DNA of 55,285 nt from Octopus sinensis (Eukaryota). The position numbers were made by a program, and so were the translations under genes. The number at the start of each line of letters is the position of its first letter. Position 1 is the stretch's first letter. The DNA is taken from contig NW_021833737.1 in NCBI RefSeq assembly GCF_006345805.1, forward strand, positions 1 through 55,285. Reading direction: 5' to 3'. Positions 39,860-53,195 of this stretch are shown in pieces. A model generated the notes under the pieces. That model saw only the letters and a list, made by a program, of their open reading frames with translations, did no database searches and was not told where the DNA came from.

Positions 39860-40030
39860 TTTCTGCACTGTGAAGAAGCAAGTTAGAAAGTACCGCTCTC
39901 CCTCGTGTCCCCTGCTGCGATGTGGGCTCATCCAATAGAATGACGGATGAAAATTTGTCCAGACGCTTTTTTGAAGATCTCCACATCTACACCTCTCAAA
40001 TCTCTGAGGTTGTTTAGCAGGATGTTAAAC
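39860..40030 (-). pseudogene. CR1/L2-group LINE ORF2 C-terminal fragment
   Basis: LFNILLNNLRDLRGVDVEIFKK joins across a frameshift to KRLDKFSSVILLDEPTSQQ, matching the FN.LP..LR....FK..LD.FL...PDEP pattern. Confidence 0.7.
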
Positions 40031-40031
40031 A

Positions 40032-40430
40032 GGCGCAGGAGTGGCTGTGTGGTAAGTAGCTTGCTTACCAACCACATGGTTCCGGGTTCAATCACACTGC
40101 GTGGCACATTGGGCAAGTGTCTTCTACTATAGCCAAAGGCCGACCAAAGCCTTGTGAGTGGATTTGGCAGACGGAAACTGAAAAAAGCCCGTCGTATATA
40201 TGTGTATGTATATGTATGTGTGTGTGTGTGTTTGTGCGTCTGTGTTTACCCCCCTCCCCAACATCGCTTGAAAACCGATGCTGGTATGTTTACGTCCCCG
40301 TAACTTAGCAGTTCGGCAAAAGAGACCGACAGAATAAGTACTAGGCTTATAAAGAATAAGTCCTGGGGCCGATTTGCTCGACTAAAGGCGGTGCTCCAGC
40401 ATGGCCGCAGTCAAATGACTGAAACAGGAA
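40032..40430 (+). mobile_element. tRNA-headed CORE-like SINE, family C, near full length
   Basis: Head GGCGCAGGAGTGGCTGTGTGGTAAG, GGTTCAATC, CORE-like TTGGGCAAGT, internal (TG)n, tail GCTCCAGCATGGCCGCAGTCAAATGACTGAAAC. Reverse tail copies at about 39790-39840 and 52993-53195. Confidence 0.85.
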
Positions 40431-40492
40431 AACAGTAGTTGTTTATACAAACACACACACGTGTGCGCGCACGTACACGCACACAACACACA

Positions 40493-40546
<54 letters not shown>

Positions 40547-40554
40547 CATCGTGG

Positions 40555-40845
40555 CACACAGTCGGTTACGACGACGAGGGTCCCAGTTGTTCCGATCAAC
40601 GGAACAGCCTGCTCGTGAAATTAACGTACAAATGGCTGAGCACTCCACAGATACGTGTACCTTTAAGGTAGTTCTCGGGTTGATTCAACGTAACACAGTG
40701 TGACAAGGCTAGCCCTTTGAAATACAGGTAAAAGAGAAACAGGAAGAACGAGTGAAAGAAAGTTGTAGTGAAAGCGTACAGCAGGGTTGGCCACTACCGC
40801 CAGCTGGAGCCTCGTAGAGCTTTAGGTGCTTTCACTCAGTAAGCA
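40555..40845 (-). mobile_element. SINE family B, tail type 1, headless
   Basis: Reverse-complement homology to 27660-27950. Confidence 0.85.
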
Positions 40846-41123
40846 TATTTATATATACATAATTATTATTATTTAAGGGAATAAAATCCAAACTTACAAG
40901 GAAAAAGAATTCAATTTAGAAATACTAAATCAAATTATACACAATATAATATATATATATATATAAAATATTAGAAAAAAACACCTTTTATCAATTCAAA
41001 ATGAATTATTAAATTACACCATCTAGGAAATTACATATGATAGAAAAGTTAAAATTAAAATAACAATAGAATGTAAAGATTAAATTGCAAAAATAATGAT
41101 AAAAATGTATATTATAGGTAGAA

Positions 41124-41231
41124 AAACGACACGTGTTTCGCTGCTATATTTAAGAAATGATTATAGTAGTAGAGAAATCACTATTATAGTAGTAGAGAAA
41201 TCACCATATAAATATAGTCGCTCATCAGGTT
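41124..41231 (-). ncRNA. Hammerhead ribozyme motif (type I, long stem II)
   Basis: AAC-CTGATGA-GCGACTATATTTA...TAAATATAGCAGC-GAAAC-ACGT-GTC-GTT: intact core, paired stem II, 3-bp stem I. Confidence 0.65.
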
Positions 41232-43054
41232 AAAAATAAAATAGAACAATGAAATAATTAATTAACAAATATACTTTAATATATATATACATATATATGT
41301 ATATGAAAATCCTAAATATACATAAATGAAAAATAATATAATACTTCAATAATTAAATACTTTAAAATTAGATAAAATACACAAAGCTATTACAAGTCAT
41401 TAAATTGTAATCAAAATAAGAAATGTTTCAAATATAGACAAACTCCTTAAATAAGCTAACTTTCTTATCGTGTGATATATTAGATATTATACATGGATAT
41501 TAATATAACGAGTTTATATAATGGATTTGAGTGTATTTGTACTATTTCAAAATTTTTGATTGTATTTTTCATGAATGGAGCCAAATGCACACATAAACAG
41601 CTCTGAGAAACCCATTCAATTGGTTGGTATGAATCTGTCGCCAATACGTTTGTAGGTCTCGCTAATAGGTGAGCTCTCTTCTCCCGTTGACGTTTATGCT
41701 ACAACCGGTTCTTTGCCACTTCCACCCAGAGATATGAGATATTTTGGCACAACAGTTTTGACGTCGTCTATTTGACATTGTTGATTCGATGATGACTTAT
41801 TTGACATCAGAGGTTTTAATGCTGCACACCTTTTAATATTTCTCTCGTCCTCTCCCTCCTTATATATCTTGCTCTCCTTCTTCTGTTTGCAGGTTTGTGT
41901 ATATGTCGCTGTATGTATTTGAGGAGAGGGAAAGAGTTTATGGCAACCATGTTAAGTTAATAGATTATATTGTCTCACTCTCTTCCTCATTATGTGTATA
42001 TGTGTATATTTCTGCGCACACGCATATTTGTTTCCTTCGGCATCAAAAGGGACTGTCGCCAAAACAGGCTCAGTATCCAGTCAGAATTGCAAAATCGACA
42101 GCACCAAACAGCAGCTACCAAACTTCTCATTCTATCCATTCAGGACTTTCTGACTTACTCTCTTCCGCTCTCTAATGAATACACTCCGAGGTCCTGTATG
42201 AACGAAAGCATCCATTTTTAAATTTCATTTCCCCTATAGCCTTCGTATAGCAAATTTTTAACAGAATCGTTAAAATATTAACTGTGTGGAGTTTCCATCT
42301 ACAATAGTTTACGGGTCATCAACTTCTAGTTTCCATGGATTCGAAATTCTTTTTAATAAAGAATGAACAAAAATATTTAAAAAATCAATGAAATCTTATA
42401 ACATACAGAATACAATACCAGATTGTCCCAGTACTCCATGAACAAGCCGGGATAACAAAAATTTAAAATATATACAGTTGTACTAGGAGGAACACAACAG
42501 AGTATTCCAAATAACATGTACAACCATATGAGACACAAAATAGGGTTTCCTGTGCTACATACATGATCATCGTTCAGAATTCAGAACGTGTGTAATCATA
42601 TATGGCTAATGTAGATCAGCACGGATACGTCAGGTGAAAGGATTTACAATCAAAATGTTATGCGTAAATATATAGTATTGTATGTATATACGTGTATATG
42701 TGTGTGTGTGTATACATGACACACGTGTACATATTTTTGCACATATTTGTGTGTCTATATATACAAATATATGTATATATACACAAATATACATATATGT
42801 GCATGCATATATACATATATCTACTCGCACACACACATACACAGAGGCATATATGCATGTATATATGTATATATATATATGTCCGTGTTTAGTGTGTAAG
42901 CATGCTGGTCATCTACACAGATAGAGAGATAGGCTTCCTAAGTCCTATACTTAATATGCAATTATGAAGAAAGTATAGAAAGCAGAGAAAAAGATTAAAA
43001 AATGTAGATACCAAGATAGATAAATGGCAGTCAATACATACATACATGCATACA

Positions 43055-43088
<34 letters not shown>

Positions 43089-43422
43089 CATACATGCACA
43101 AATACTCATAATCTACTACATGTATACTTTATGTTTCTATATACGGATGTACATATATATATATACATATGTGTTTGAACATATGTATATGTATGTATAT
43201 ATTATGCATATATACACATATATATATATATATATACATATAGATATTTATTATTTATGTTCACGTATGCATGTACAAAAATTATATATAAAACGTATAT
43301 GTATATATATGCGTGTATGTATATGAATGTGCAGTGTGTATGAGTGTGTGCGTGCACGTGCAAAGGTTTACATGTACAATGAATTTTCCTATATCTGTGT
43401 GTATATGTACGTGTCTGTGACA

Positions 43423-43457
<35 letters not shown>

Positions 43458-43525
43458 AATATATATATAAATGTGTGTGTGTGTGTGTATATATGTATAT
43501 ATATAAAATAATAAATATATATATA

Positions 43526-43557
<32 letters not shown>

Positions 43558-43961
43558 GATATGCATATATTCGCAAACATTGTTCCTCTGCTGAATTAGA
43601 CTCTGAATTAGATAAATAGAAAAGATAACAAAAAAGCATAAAGAAACAGATAAATAACTCAACGAACAAATTCAAACATATACATAAAAAAAAAACTACC
43701 AAGAATTTAGATAAAAATACGTAACACCAAAAACAAAAATGAAACATAAAAAAAGAGCAAAACAAAGCGAGTCCATCTAATACATTGTCTGAATTTAATA
43801 TCAAAAGGCAAATTCAGAGAATTGTCTGTAAGACGTATTATATATTGCCGATTCCACTTGACCATATACCGAACTTTTCAATTGTTTCCTGTCGTTTCAC
43901 TCTTGTTTATGATTCGCTGTTTAAAGTAGACTTTAAACTTATTTATACCATTTAGTTGGTT

Positions 43962-44014
<53 letters not shown>

Positions 44015-44064
44015 CATCGTACAAATACGTATATATGTATGGATGCATATACATACATATATAT

Positions 44065-44133
<69 letters not shown>

Positions 44134-44340
44134 ATATATATATGTATATATATACATATATGTTTGTATGTACGTATATACAAATGGATACATACATGTA
44201 TGCATACACACGTAAATACATGCATGCATAGATATTTATACAAACATAAGCACATATAGATACATATATATATATATACATACGTATACATATACATACA
44301 TATATATGTATGCATATATATACATATACAAACATATATC

Positions 44341-44371
<31 letters not shown>

Positions 44372-44483
44372 GTATATATATGTATGTATGTATGTATATT
44401 CGTGCTTATATATTCTCTTCACGTTAGTTATTTTTCTTATTTTACGCGTAGTCTTGAATTCCATTTTGTATTATATTTGTTGC

Positions 44484-44516
<33 letters not shown>

Positions 44517-44519
44517 TAC

Positions 44520-44584
<65 letters not shown>

Positions 44585-45082
44585 TATATACACATATAAA
44601 TATACTATTTAGGTTGTATATATCCATAGTTGTCTATAGGTTATTATCTATATCGATAATAATATAATAAAAATATAACTCATATATAGATATTCACGTA
44701 CGTACACATTTATAAATACATTAAACATTTACACACACGCTCGCGCACACAAACCTTTCATATATAACCTCAGATATTACTTATCAAATGTACCACAAAC
44801 TATGTCGGCATGACAGTGTTATGTATGTATGTATGAATATATGTATGTTCGTATGTATGTATATATGTATATGTGTGTGTGTATGTATATAAAAGCAAAT
44901 CTGTGTATGCATATAAATGCATATATGTATATACATATAACTATGTATGAATCTGTAGGTTTCCTCACACTTGTATACGTATATATGTGTGCGTGTGTGT
45001 GTCAGTATGTATGTGTCTAATCATGTATATATATATGTTTATTCACACATATACAAACTTGGCTGTTTATCTATCTATCTAG

Positions 45083-45142
<60 letters not shown>

Positions 45143-45147
45143 TTATC

Positions 45148-45178
<31 letters not shown>

Positions 45179-45576
45179 TTATTTATTTTTCTATCAATCA
45201 ATCAATCTATCTCTGTATGTATCTATCTATCTATCAATCTGCTTAGCAATATATATATATATATTTTATATATATTTTCTATATTTATATCTATATCTAT
45301 ATCTATATATATATATGTATACATATATATATTCATATATATATAAACATATGTATGCATATATGTATATATGTATACTACACACACACACACATATATA
45401 TATATAATATATATATATACATACGTACATACATATACACACCCATATACATACACACACACAGATACACATATCTATAACTATATCTAAGAACGTTTCT
45501 TGAATACATTTTTATGACTACACGCATGATGCGCACTGCAATCCGATATTATCATTATTATTACTATTATTATTAC

Positions 45577-45628
<52 letters not shown>

Positions 45629-45652
45629 GTTATTATTATTATTGTCGTTGTT

Positions 45653-45714
<62 letters not shown>

Positions 45715-45832
45715 GTCCGTGTTGTTTTTGTTATTATTATCATTATTATTATTGTTATTATTATTATTACTATTATCATTATTGTTGTTGCTGTTGTTGT
45801 TGTTGTTATTATTATTATTGTCGTTCTTATTA

Positions 45833-45875
<43 letters not shown>

Positions 45876-46132
45876 CATTATTAATGTTATTATTATTATT
45901 ATCATCATCATCATCATCACCATCATTCTGTTTTATTATGTTATTTTTTGCACTATTGTTATTTTAACCGTTGATGTTGATTTCCTATCATTCATATTTT
46001 TAACTTTCAGTCATCTTTATGTCTGTAGTCATTGCAGCATGCCATTTCGACGAGTAGAAATCATTGGTTGCTATATATTTTTTTTTGTATACCATATTGC
46101 ATTCAAAGTATTTCACTGCCAAACGCACACAC

Positions 46133-46186
<54 letters not shown>

Positions 46187-46373
46187 CACACACACACCCA
46201 TGCACTCACACACACACACTCGCACGCACATACGCACACAGGCCGAAAAGCACAAACTAATATATATATATCTAAAGACAAAATGATATATATATATATA
46301 TACACTGCATATATTAATACATGCATAAATATATACACACACACACACACATATATATATATATGGGTGTATG

Positions 46374-46404
<31 letters not shown>

Positions 46405-46466
46405 TATGTATATATATGTATATATATATTATATATATTTATTATATATTATATATATGTATATAA

Positions 46467-46536
<70 letters not shown>

Positions 46537-46650
46537 TGTTGTGTGTTTGTATATATATATATATATAAACGATAACACCTCCGCGATTTGCTTAGATCAA
46601 CTGATCGCCTCACGAATTCTTGTTATTACTATTGATGTTGTTGACGTTGC

Positions 46651-46681
<31 letters not shown>

Positions 46682-47182
46682 TCTGTTATTATCTTTGCTG
46701 CTGCTGTTGTTGTTTCTGTTATTATCTTTGCTGCTGCTACTGCTGCTGCTGTTGTTGTTGTATGTCATCAGAGATTTGTTTTCTAGCATGAATTGAAAAT
46801 TTGTTTTCTAAGTGGCAACAAGAGTCGTTTTCCACCCACCGACAGTAAAAGAAAAGAAAAAACAAACAAACAAACAAAAAAGCACACACACATACACAAA
46901 CACACACACACATATACACCCCCCCCCACACACACACACTCACACACACAACAAAACAGAGGCAAACAAACAAAGAAACGTGAAAACTTCGTGACGTAAA
47001 ATTCCGTTGAAAATATTAACGTGTAACAGGGGTAAAAGAGGAGATGGCATAATGCTAGCCATGGTCATTTCGTTGCCTTACTGGACTCATGCTGGAAATC
47101 TTTGTATGAATCTTCATCATCATCATCATCAACATCGTTATCATCATTATCATCACCACCACCACAACCACCACCATTGCCG

Positions 47183-47219
<37 letters not shown>

Positions 47220-47361
47220 TACCATCACCATCTTCATCATCATCATCATTATCATCTTCATCATTATAACCATTATCATCATCGCCATATCATCATCATC
47301 ATCATCACCATCTTCATCATCATCGTTATCATCATCATCATTATCGTCATCATTATCGTCA

Positions 47362-47553
47362 TCTTTTTTCTATGAAAATCCCTATTTTTTACGATAATTT
47401 GACTGCTGGGTCGCCATTTTTCGGTGTATTTCTACCAGAAAAATGTTCACTAAAAGTGAATAACAAGCTACATAATGCAACATTTTTACTTTTCAAAAAT
47501 TCCAATTCTAAAGGGTCGAAACAAACCCGAGCAACGCCGGGCGATACTGCTAG
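47362..47553 (+). mobile_element. Non-autonomous Helitron 3' end
   Basis: GC hairpin CCCGAGCAACGCCGGG (47526-47541), an 8-nt spacer, then CTAG|T (47550-47553). Possible A|TC 5' end at 47362. Confidence 0.75.
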
Positions 47554-47829
47554 TATTCGTAAGAGCTGATAATTTACTTCGTTTCTCAAACTTTCTTGCT
47601 ACTTGCGATCGTTCAAGCGTCACAAAATATATAAAAGAAATTTGATGTGCGATAATGGAGAACACAAGTCAGAAAACAATTTTCTGTCATCAACAGAGAT
47701 TGACTACACATTCAAAGTACTCTATAGCAGAAACTGTTAGCACCAGGTTATAACTCTTTGTAACGGTATCATATGTCACTGTAGTAGAACATTATAGGAC
47801 AAAGGAAGCTAACGTTAAAATCTTGTTTT

Positions 47830-48390
47830 ATTAGGAGATTTTTAACTCTGGTGACAAACAGGTTATATTTCGAATCTTATTTTACAGTTTGCATTGTATG
47901 TCAGAATAAATTTCTCCGATTGGCAACCCATGCTAGATTGCAATACAGAACAGCAGTATGCAACAATGGTCTAGAATTTGGACTATGATAGTTTCTTCAT
48001 CCCATTGTCCCGCAGTTTATATAGTTGGGCAACTTAAAACTAAATAGACATCACTTGCTTCTTTGGATATTTGTTGGTGGAAGAACTTTACTTCTAGATG
48101 TTCGGCCAAGGTACGTAGTCAAGTTGATAGAAATACCTCACAGAAGTACTCCAGCTTACTCGAAGTTGCTGTCTTACAATGGATTATTTTCAACAATCCG
48201 CTTGGTCCATGTCTATCTGAGCAGGATGCTGTTGGTTCCTTTCTGTTTCTGATAAGTTGTACAATCATGCTGCTGTATATGGTAAGAGGAATCCCAAGGC
48301 CTTGTGCAATTTTATTCTTCAAGACCGACCTACAATACACTCTACTTTGAAAACCAGACAACTTTTTTTTGTTCCCGGTAAACGCGGCAT
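47830..48390 (-). pseudogene. Tc1-like transposase remnant
   Basis: MPRLPGTK, LSGFQ, IVG, KIAQGLGIPL, TASCSDRHGPS, ENNP, PTNIQR and a distal SPEL (SPDLNPIEN-like); heavily degraded. Confidence 0.6.
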
Positions 48391-48427
48391 GGCTTGTTGT
48401 AATAACAATTAATACACTGTAACTTCA

Positions 48428-48605
48428 AGGCGGTGAGCTGGCAGAATCATTAGCATGCTGAGTGAAATGCTCAGCGGCATTTCGTCCGTCTTCACGTTCT
48501 GAGTTCAAATTCCTCTGAGGTCTATTTTGCCCTTCATACTTTTGGGTCGATAAAATAAGTACCAGTTTAATAATGGTTCGATGTAATCGACTTACCCCTC
48601 CCCCC
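48428..48605 (+). mobile_element. Family A SINE
   Basis: GGCGGTGAGCTGGCAGAATCATTAGC...GAGTTCAAATTCC...GGGTCGATAAAATAAGTACCAG. Confidence 0.85.
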
Positions 48606-48868
48606 ATAGTATCTGTCCGCACAGATAAAACTGTATAATGTGTGGTGTCTATTTACATTAGAAATGTCCGTGTACGTATTGTGATAAATAAGTAAAATTA
48701 ATTCTCATAATTCTACTTATCTGTCACAATAGTTGAATTAATTTTTAACACGCTCTGGCAGATTAGAACGCAACTATGCAAATCGCTGTAGTGTTCCTCA
48801 CCGAAAAAAACTGTTCCTCCTTTACAACGACTACGTGTCCACAACACTTGATTCATTGGTGCAAGAGG

Positions 48869-48924
48869 GTCTGGGACACCGGCGTTTCGACATATTGTAT
48901 CTCATCAGCCATATGTATCCGGAC
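48869..48924 (-). ncRNA. Minimal type I hammerhead ribozyme with intact core
   Basis: TGG-CTGATGA-GATA(CAATA)TGTC-GAAAC-GCCGGT-GTC-CCA. All core nucleotides, stems I-III and a GUC cleavage triplet are present. Confidence 0.75.
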
Positions 48925-49418
48925 AAATGAAACAGACAAGAGTCGATGGCCTGGTTTATAATTTTTGAGCGAGCAAACTGTTTGCTGATTCGTACTTGAT
49001 ATCTGTCAGCAGACAATAAATAGCTATTTGCAAGATGAACAGCGAGCACCTAAACAATAATTTGAATATTTATTCTTAATACATTCTGGTAGATTCGAAC
49101 GCGACTAAATTTAATTACATCTCAGAATTTGTGACAAGCGGTGTTGCTGGGCTTTGCAATCTTAAACGTCTGCTGCTTTTCTTGCTGATTTTGTTAGTGT
49201 CCGTCTCTTCCTCACTCTCCCTCCTCTGTCTCCTTCTCTATCTCTCTGTCTCTCTCCCACCATCTATATATCCTTCTCTCTTTCCCTCTTTATCTCTCTC
49301 TCTTTCTCTCTATCTGTCTCTCTAGCTCCTACTGGGTTCGGCCATGCATGAAGTAGGACGATTGACAATCGCACTATCTCCTTGTTCCTGAATCTCCTTC
49401 TCTCTCTCTCTCTGCCTG

Positions 49419-49469
<51 letters not shown>

Positions 49470-50164
49470 TCTCTTCTTTAAATTTGTGATAGACATTTTG
49501 TTACGAAAAATTAGAAAGCCGAAATTTTCTGAAACAAGTTATTATACCCGCTCCATAATTAAAACTAAGAGTGACATCTTTGGAAGCCTGGTTACATTTG
49601 AAAAACAATGATTGCAATTTCTATAGCTAAAATCGGCAAGCTTAAAGTAAATTTAGGGGAAAAAGTCATTAACCCACACTCGATGTTCCAGCATCGGTTC
49701 TACATGTAATACCAATAATAATAATAATAAGATGGTGATAATGACGACGACGACGACGACGATGATGATGATGAGGATAATGATGATGGTTGATAAGATA
49801 TACTATTACTAATACTACGAATAGTAACAACAGCAATAATAATGATGAGGAAATGAAGGATGATAATGATAAAAAGGATGATTACGACGACGACGACGAT
49901 GATAATGACGATTTCTTCATATGTAATCTTTATATTTTGACAATTAACTTTCAATGAGACTCGCTTTTAGAGAGAGGTGGAGAAGAAGGAGTGAGGCGGA
50001 GGGCATTATGAGTATACATGCAAGAGAATGATGGGAAGAATGGTGTGTGTGCGTGTGTGCTTGTGTGTGTGTGCTTGTGTGTGTGTGCTTGTGTGTGTGT
50101 GTATGTGCGCTATGCCTATGTATAGCATTGCGTATAGCATACAGTGTTACAGCTAGATACAACT

Positions 50165-51124
50165 GGTTTCGTATTTTGGCACAATGCAAACAATTTCGGA
50201 GGAAGAGGTAAGTCGATTACCTCAACCCCAGTGCACAACTGGTACTTATTTTATCGATCCTGATACGATGAAAGGAAAAGTTAAGCCCGGTGGAATTTTA
50301 ACCCATTTTTTCCGCCAATGAAGTTTTTAAAATTTAACTGTACATACATTAAACATTATGGTAAGCTTTCACAATCTGTAAGAGAAGGACAGTATGCAAC
50401 TGTTAGCTACGGGTGTCGACTACCAACTGAACATTTCGTATGCTCAGTCAGACGCTTCCTAGCGAGTTCATGTCCAAACAAGTGAAGGCAGGTTTTGCGT
50501 TGCGAGAACGCAACCAGAGTATATATAGGTTAGCTTAGATAGTTAAGACGGGCGAAATGCAGCTAAGCATTTCGTCCGTCTTTAGGGTCTAAGCATTTCG
50601 CCCGGCGTGCTAACGTTTCTTATTTCTTTATTGCCCACAAGGAGTTAAACATAGAGTCAACCTCGGCGGAATTTTGAACTCAGAACGTAACGGCAGATGA
50701 AATACCTATTTCTTTACTACACACAAAGGGCTAAACACAGAGGGGACAAGCAAAGACAGGCAAACGGATTAAGTCGATTATATCGACCCCAGTGCGCAAC
50801 TGGTACTTAATTTATCGACCCCGAAAGGATGAAAGGCAAAGTCGACCTCGACGGAATTTGAACTCAGAACATAGCGGCAGACGAAATACCTATTTCTTTA
50901 CTATGCACAAGGGGCTAAACACAGAGGGGACAGACAAGGACAGACAAACGGATTAAGTCGATTATATCGAACCCAGTGCGTTACTGGTACTTAATTTATC
51001 GACGTCGAAAGGATGAAAGGCAAAGTCCACCTCGGCGGAATTTTGAACGCAGAACGTAACGGCAGACGAAATACCGCTAAGCATTTCACCCGGCGTGCTA
51101 ACGTTTCTACCAGCTCACCGCCTT
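50165..51124 (-). mobile_element. Multimeric/nested family A SINE array
   Basis: Head at about 51124, repeated body+tail units with junctions near 50890, 50705 and 50620; an older copy at 50165-50298 is interrupted by other sequence. Confidence 0.85.
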
Positions 51125-51864
51125 ACAGCCAGATAAGATTGATGTGATGTGAGTGTACTCCAAACGACAGTTCTCTTTACCTGACATCGAAGCCAGACAG
51201 TTAGGCAACGATTACAATTCAGAAAAAAATGAAAGACAAAGTTGACCTTGATGTTTTTGTTTTAACTCTCAACTTAAAGACCCGGATTAAATACGCCACT
51301 CTGTAACTATTCCTATCAATCCACTCAGCTTCGTTCTATGTAGGAAGATATGAATCTTATTCTCATCATTATAATTCACATGCACGTGTATATCACTGAC
51401 GATCACGGTTGTCACCATCATGTTCATGATGATGATGATGGTATCAACATGATCATCATTATCATCGCATTCATCATCATCATCGTCGTCGTCGTCGTCG
51501 TCAGCATCATCATCATCGCCGTCAATATCATCATCATCATCATCATCATCGTCATCGTCGTCATCTTCGTCGTCGTCATTGTTGTCATCGTCGTCATCAT
51601 CATCAGTCTCGTCATCATTATCTTCATATTTCATTAACGTTATCATCATGATGATTATGATGATGATGATGATAAATCTTGAGCGTCATCAAATTTGGTG
51701 TTGTTGCCGTTGACATATTCGTAGGCGAATAAAACACCCCCCTTTGATAATAACAAACGTGGCGATGAAAATTTACATGAAGGTAACTAACGATGAGGAA
51801 GGGGATAACGATGATGATGACGATGACGACGACGATTATGATGATGATGATGATGATGCTGGTA

Positions 51865-51911
<47 letters not shown>

Positions 51912-52493
51912 ATTTAAGATAATGAAGAAAAAGAAGTCGAGGCGAAGAGGAAGTGAAAAAATGATCGAGATGAGATGATTCATTCACTGAACATCTTAGA
52001 TCGAACTCGAAGCAGTCATCTAAAATGGCAACGACAGCGACCACCACCACAACAACAACAGCAAGAGCAACAACAAAAACTACAAAAACAAACTTAACGA
52101 CAGCGACTGGCAACGTCACTTCCATAAAAAATAAATCGGAGATTTTCCCCTAATTATGATTTCCTTCACCGCTCAACTCCAGACTGTTTCACCGGACGAA
52201 ATGATGCGAAAATTATGTTGTGTTTAAGTTTAATTTATTAGAGTGACCAAACTAACACCCCCGTTGTCATCATAGTCGTCGTCACCACAACCTCCAGCAC
52301 CACCAGCACCACCCACACTACCATCACCACCAACACTACCATACCCCACCACCACTAACATAACCAACGCCGCAGCCACGACCGCCACCACCACGACCAC
52401 GACCACCACGACCGCCACCACCACCATCATCACCATCAACACTACCATCCCCCACCACCACCACCACAACTACCACCACCATCAACGTCGCAG

Positions 52494-52625
52494 CCACGAC
52501 GGCCACCACCACGACGGCCACCACCACGACGGCCACCACCACGACGGCCACCACCACGACGGCCACCACCACGACGGCCACCACCACGACGGCCACCACC
52601 ACGACGGCCACCACCACGACTGCCA
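52494..52625. repeat. 15-bp minisatellite (CCACGACGGCCACCA), about 8-9 copies
   Basis: Direct reading. Confidence 0.9.
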
Positions 52626-52659
52626 CCGCCACCCATGACTACTATTGTTAGTGCTGCTG

Positions 52660-52696
<37 letters not shown>

Positions 52697-52992
52697 GAAA
52701 AAGAAAGTACACAAACTACATACAACACATGGTTCCAAAGACACCCTAAAACCTGAATCACCAGTCATTTGATGCTTAGAGATTGACCAATAGCTAAACA
52801 ACCACGATAACCAAAGTGTGAATTGAACTTACGCTTCAGATTCGTCCGACCTATTATTTGCGATCACTTAGTGACTCTCCTGCAAAAGAAAAACAGCCCC
52901 ATCCCCTAAAAAAATAAAACATAAATAAAAATAAAAATAAAACAAATGTGCAGAAAAGAATACGTACATATTCATAAACACATATATTCATT

Positions 52993-53195
52993 TATTCTTT
53001 TACTTGTTTCAGCCATTTGACTGCGGCCATGCTCGAGCACCGCATCGAAGGGTTTTATTTGAACAAATTGACCCCAGGGCTTATTGTTTTTTAAAGCCTA
53101 GTATTTATTCTATATGTCTCCTTTTGCCGAACCGCCAGCCTACGGTTGTCAAGCGGTGATGAGAGGAGGGAACAACACAGACAAAGACACACAAA
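52993..53195 (-). mobile_element. Family C SINE 3' half
   Basis: Reverse-complement homology to 40240-40430. Confidence 0.8.

Noticed and set aside
50298-50546. TTAA-flanked insert within a SINE (piggyBac-like?)
   Set aside because: No convincing terminal inverted repeats.
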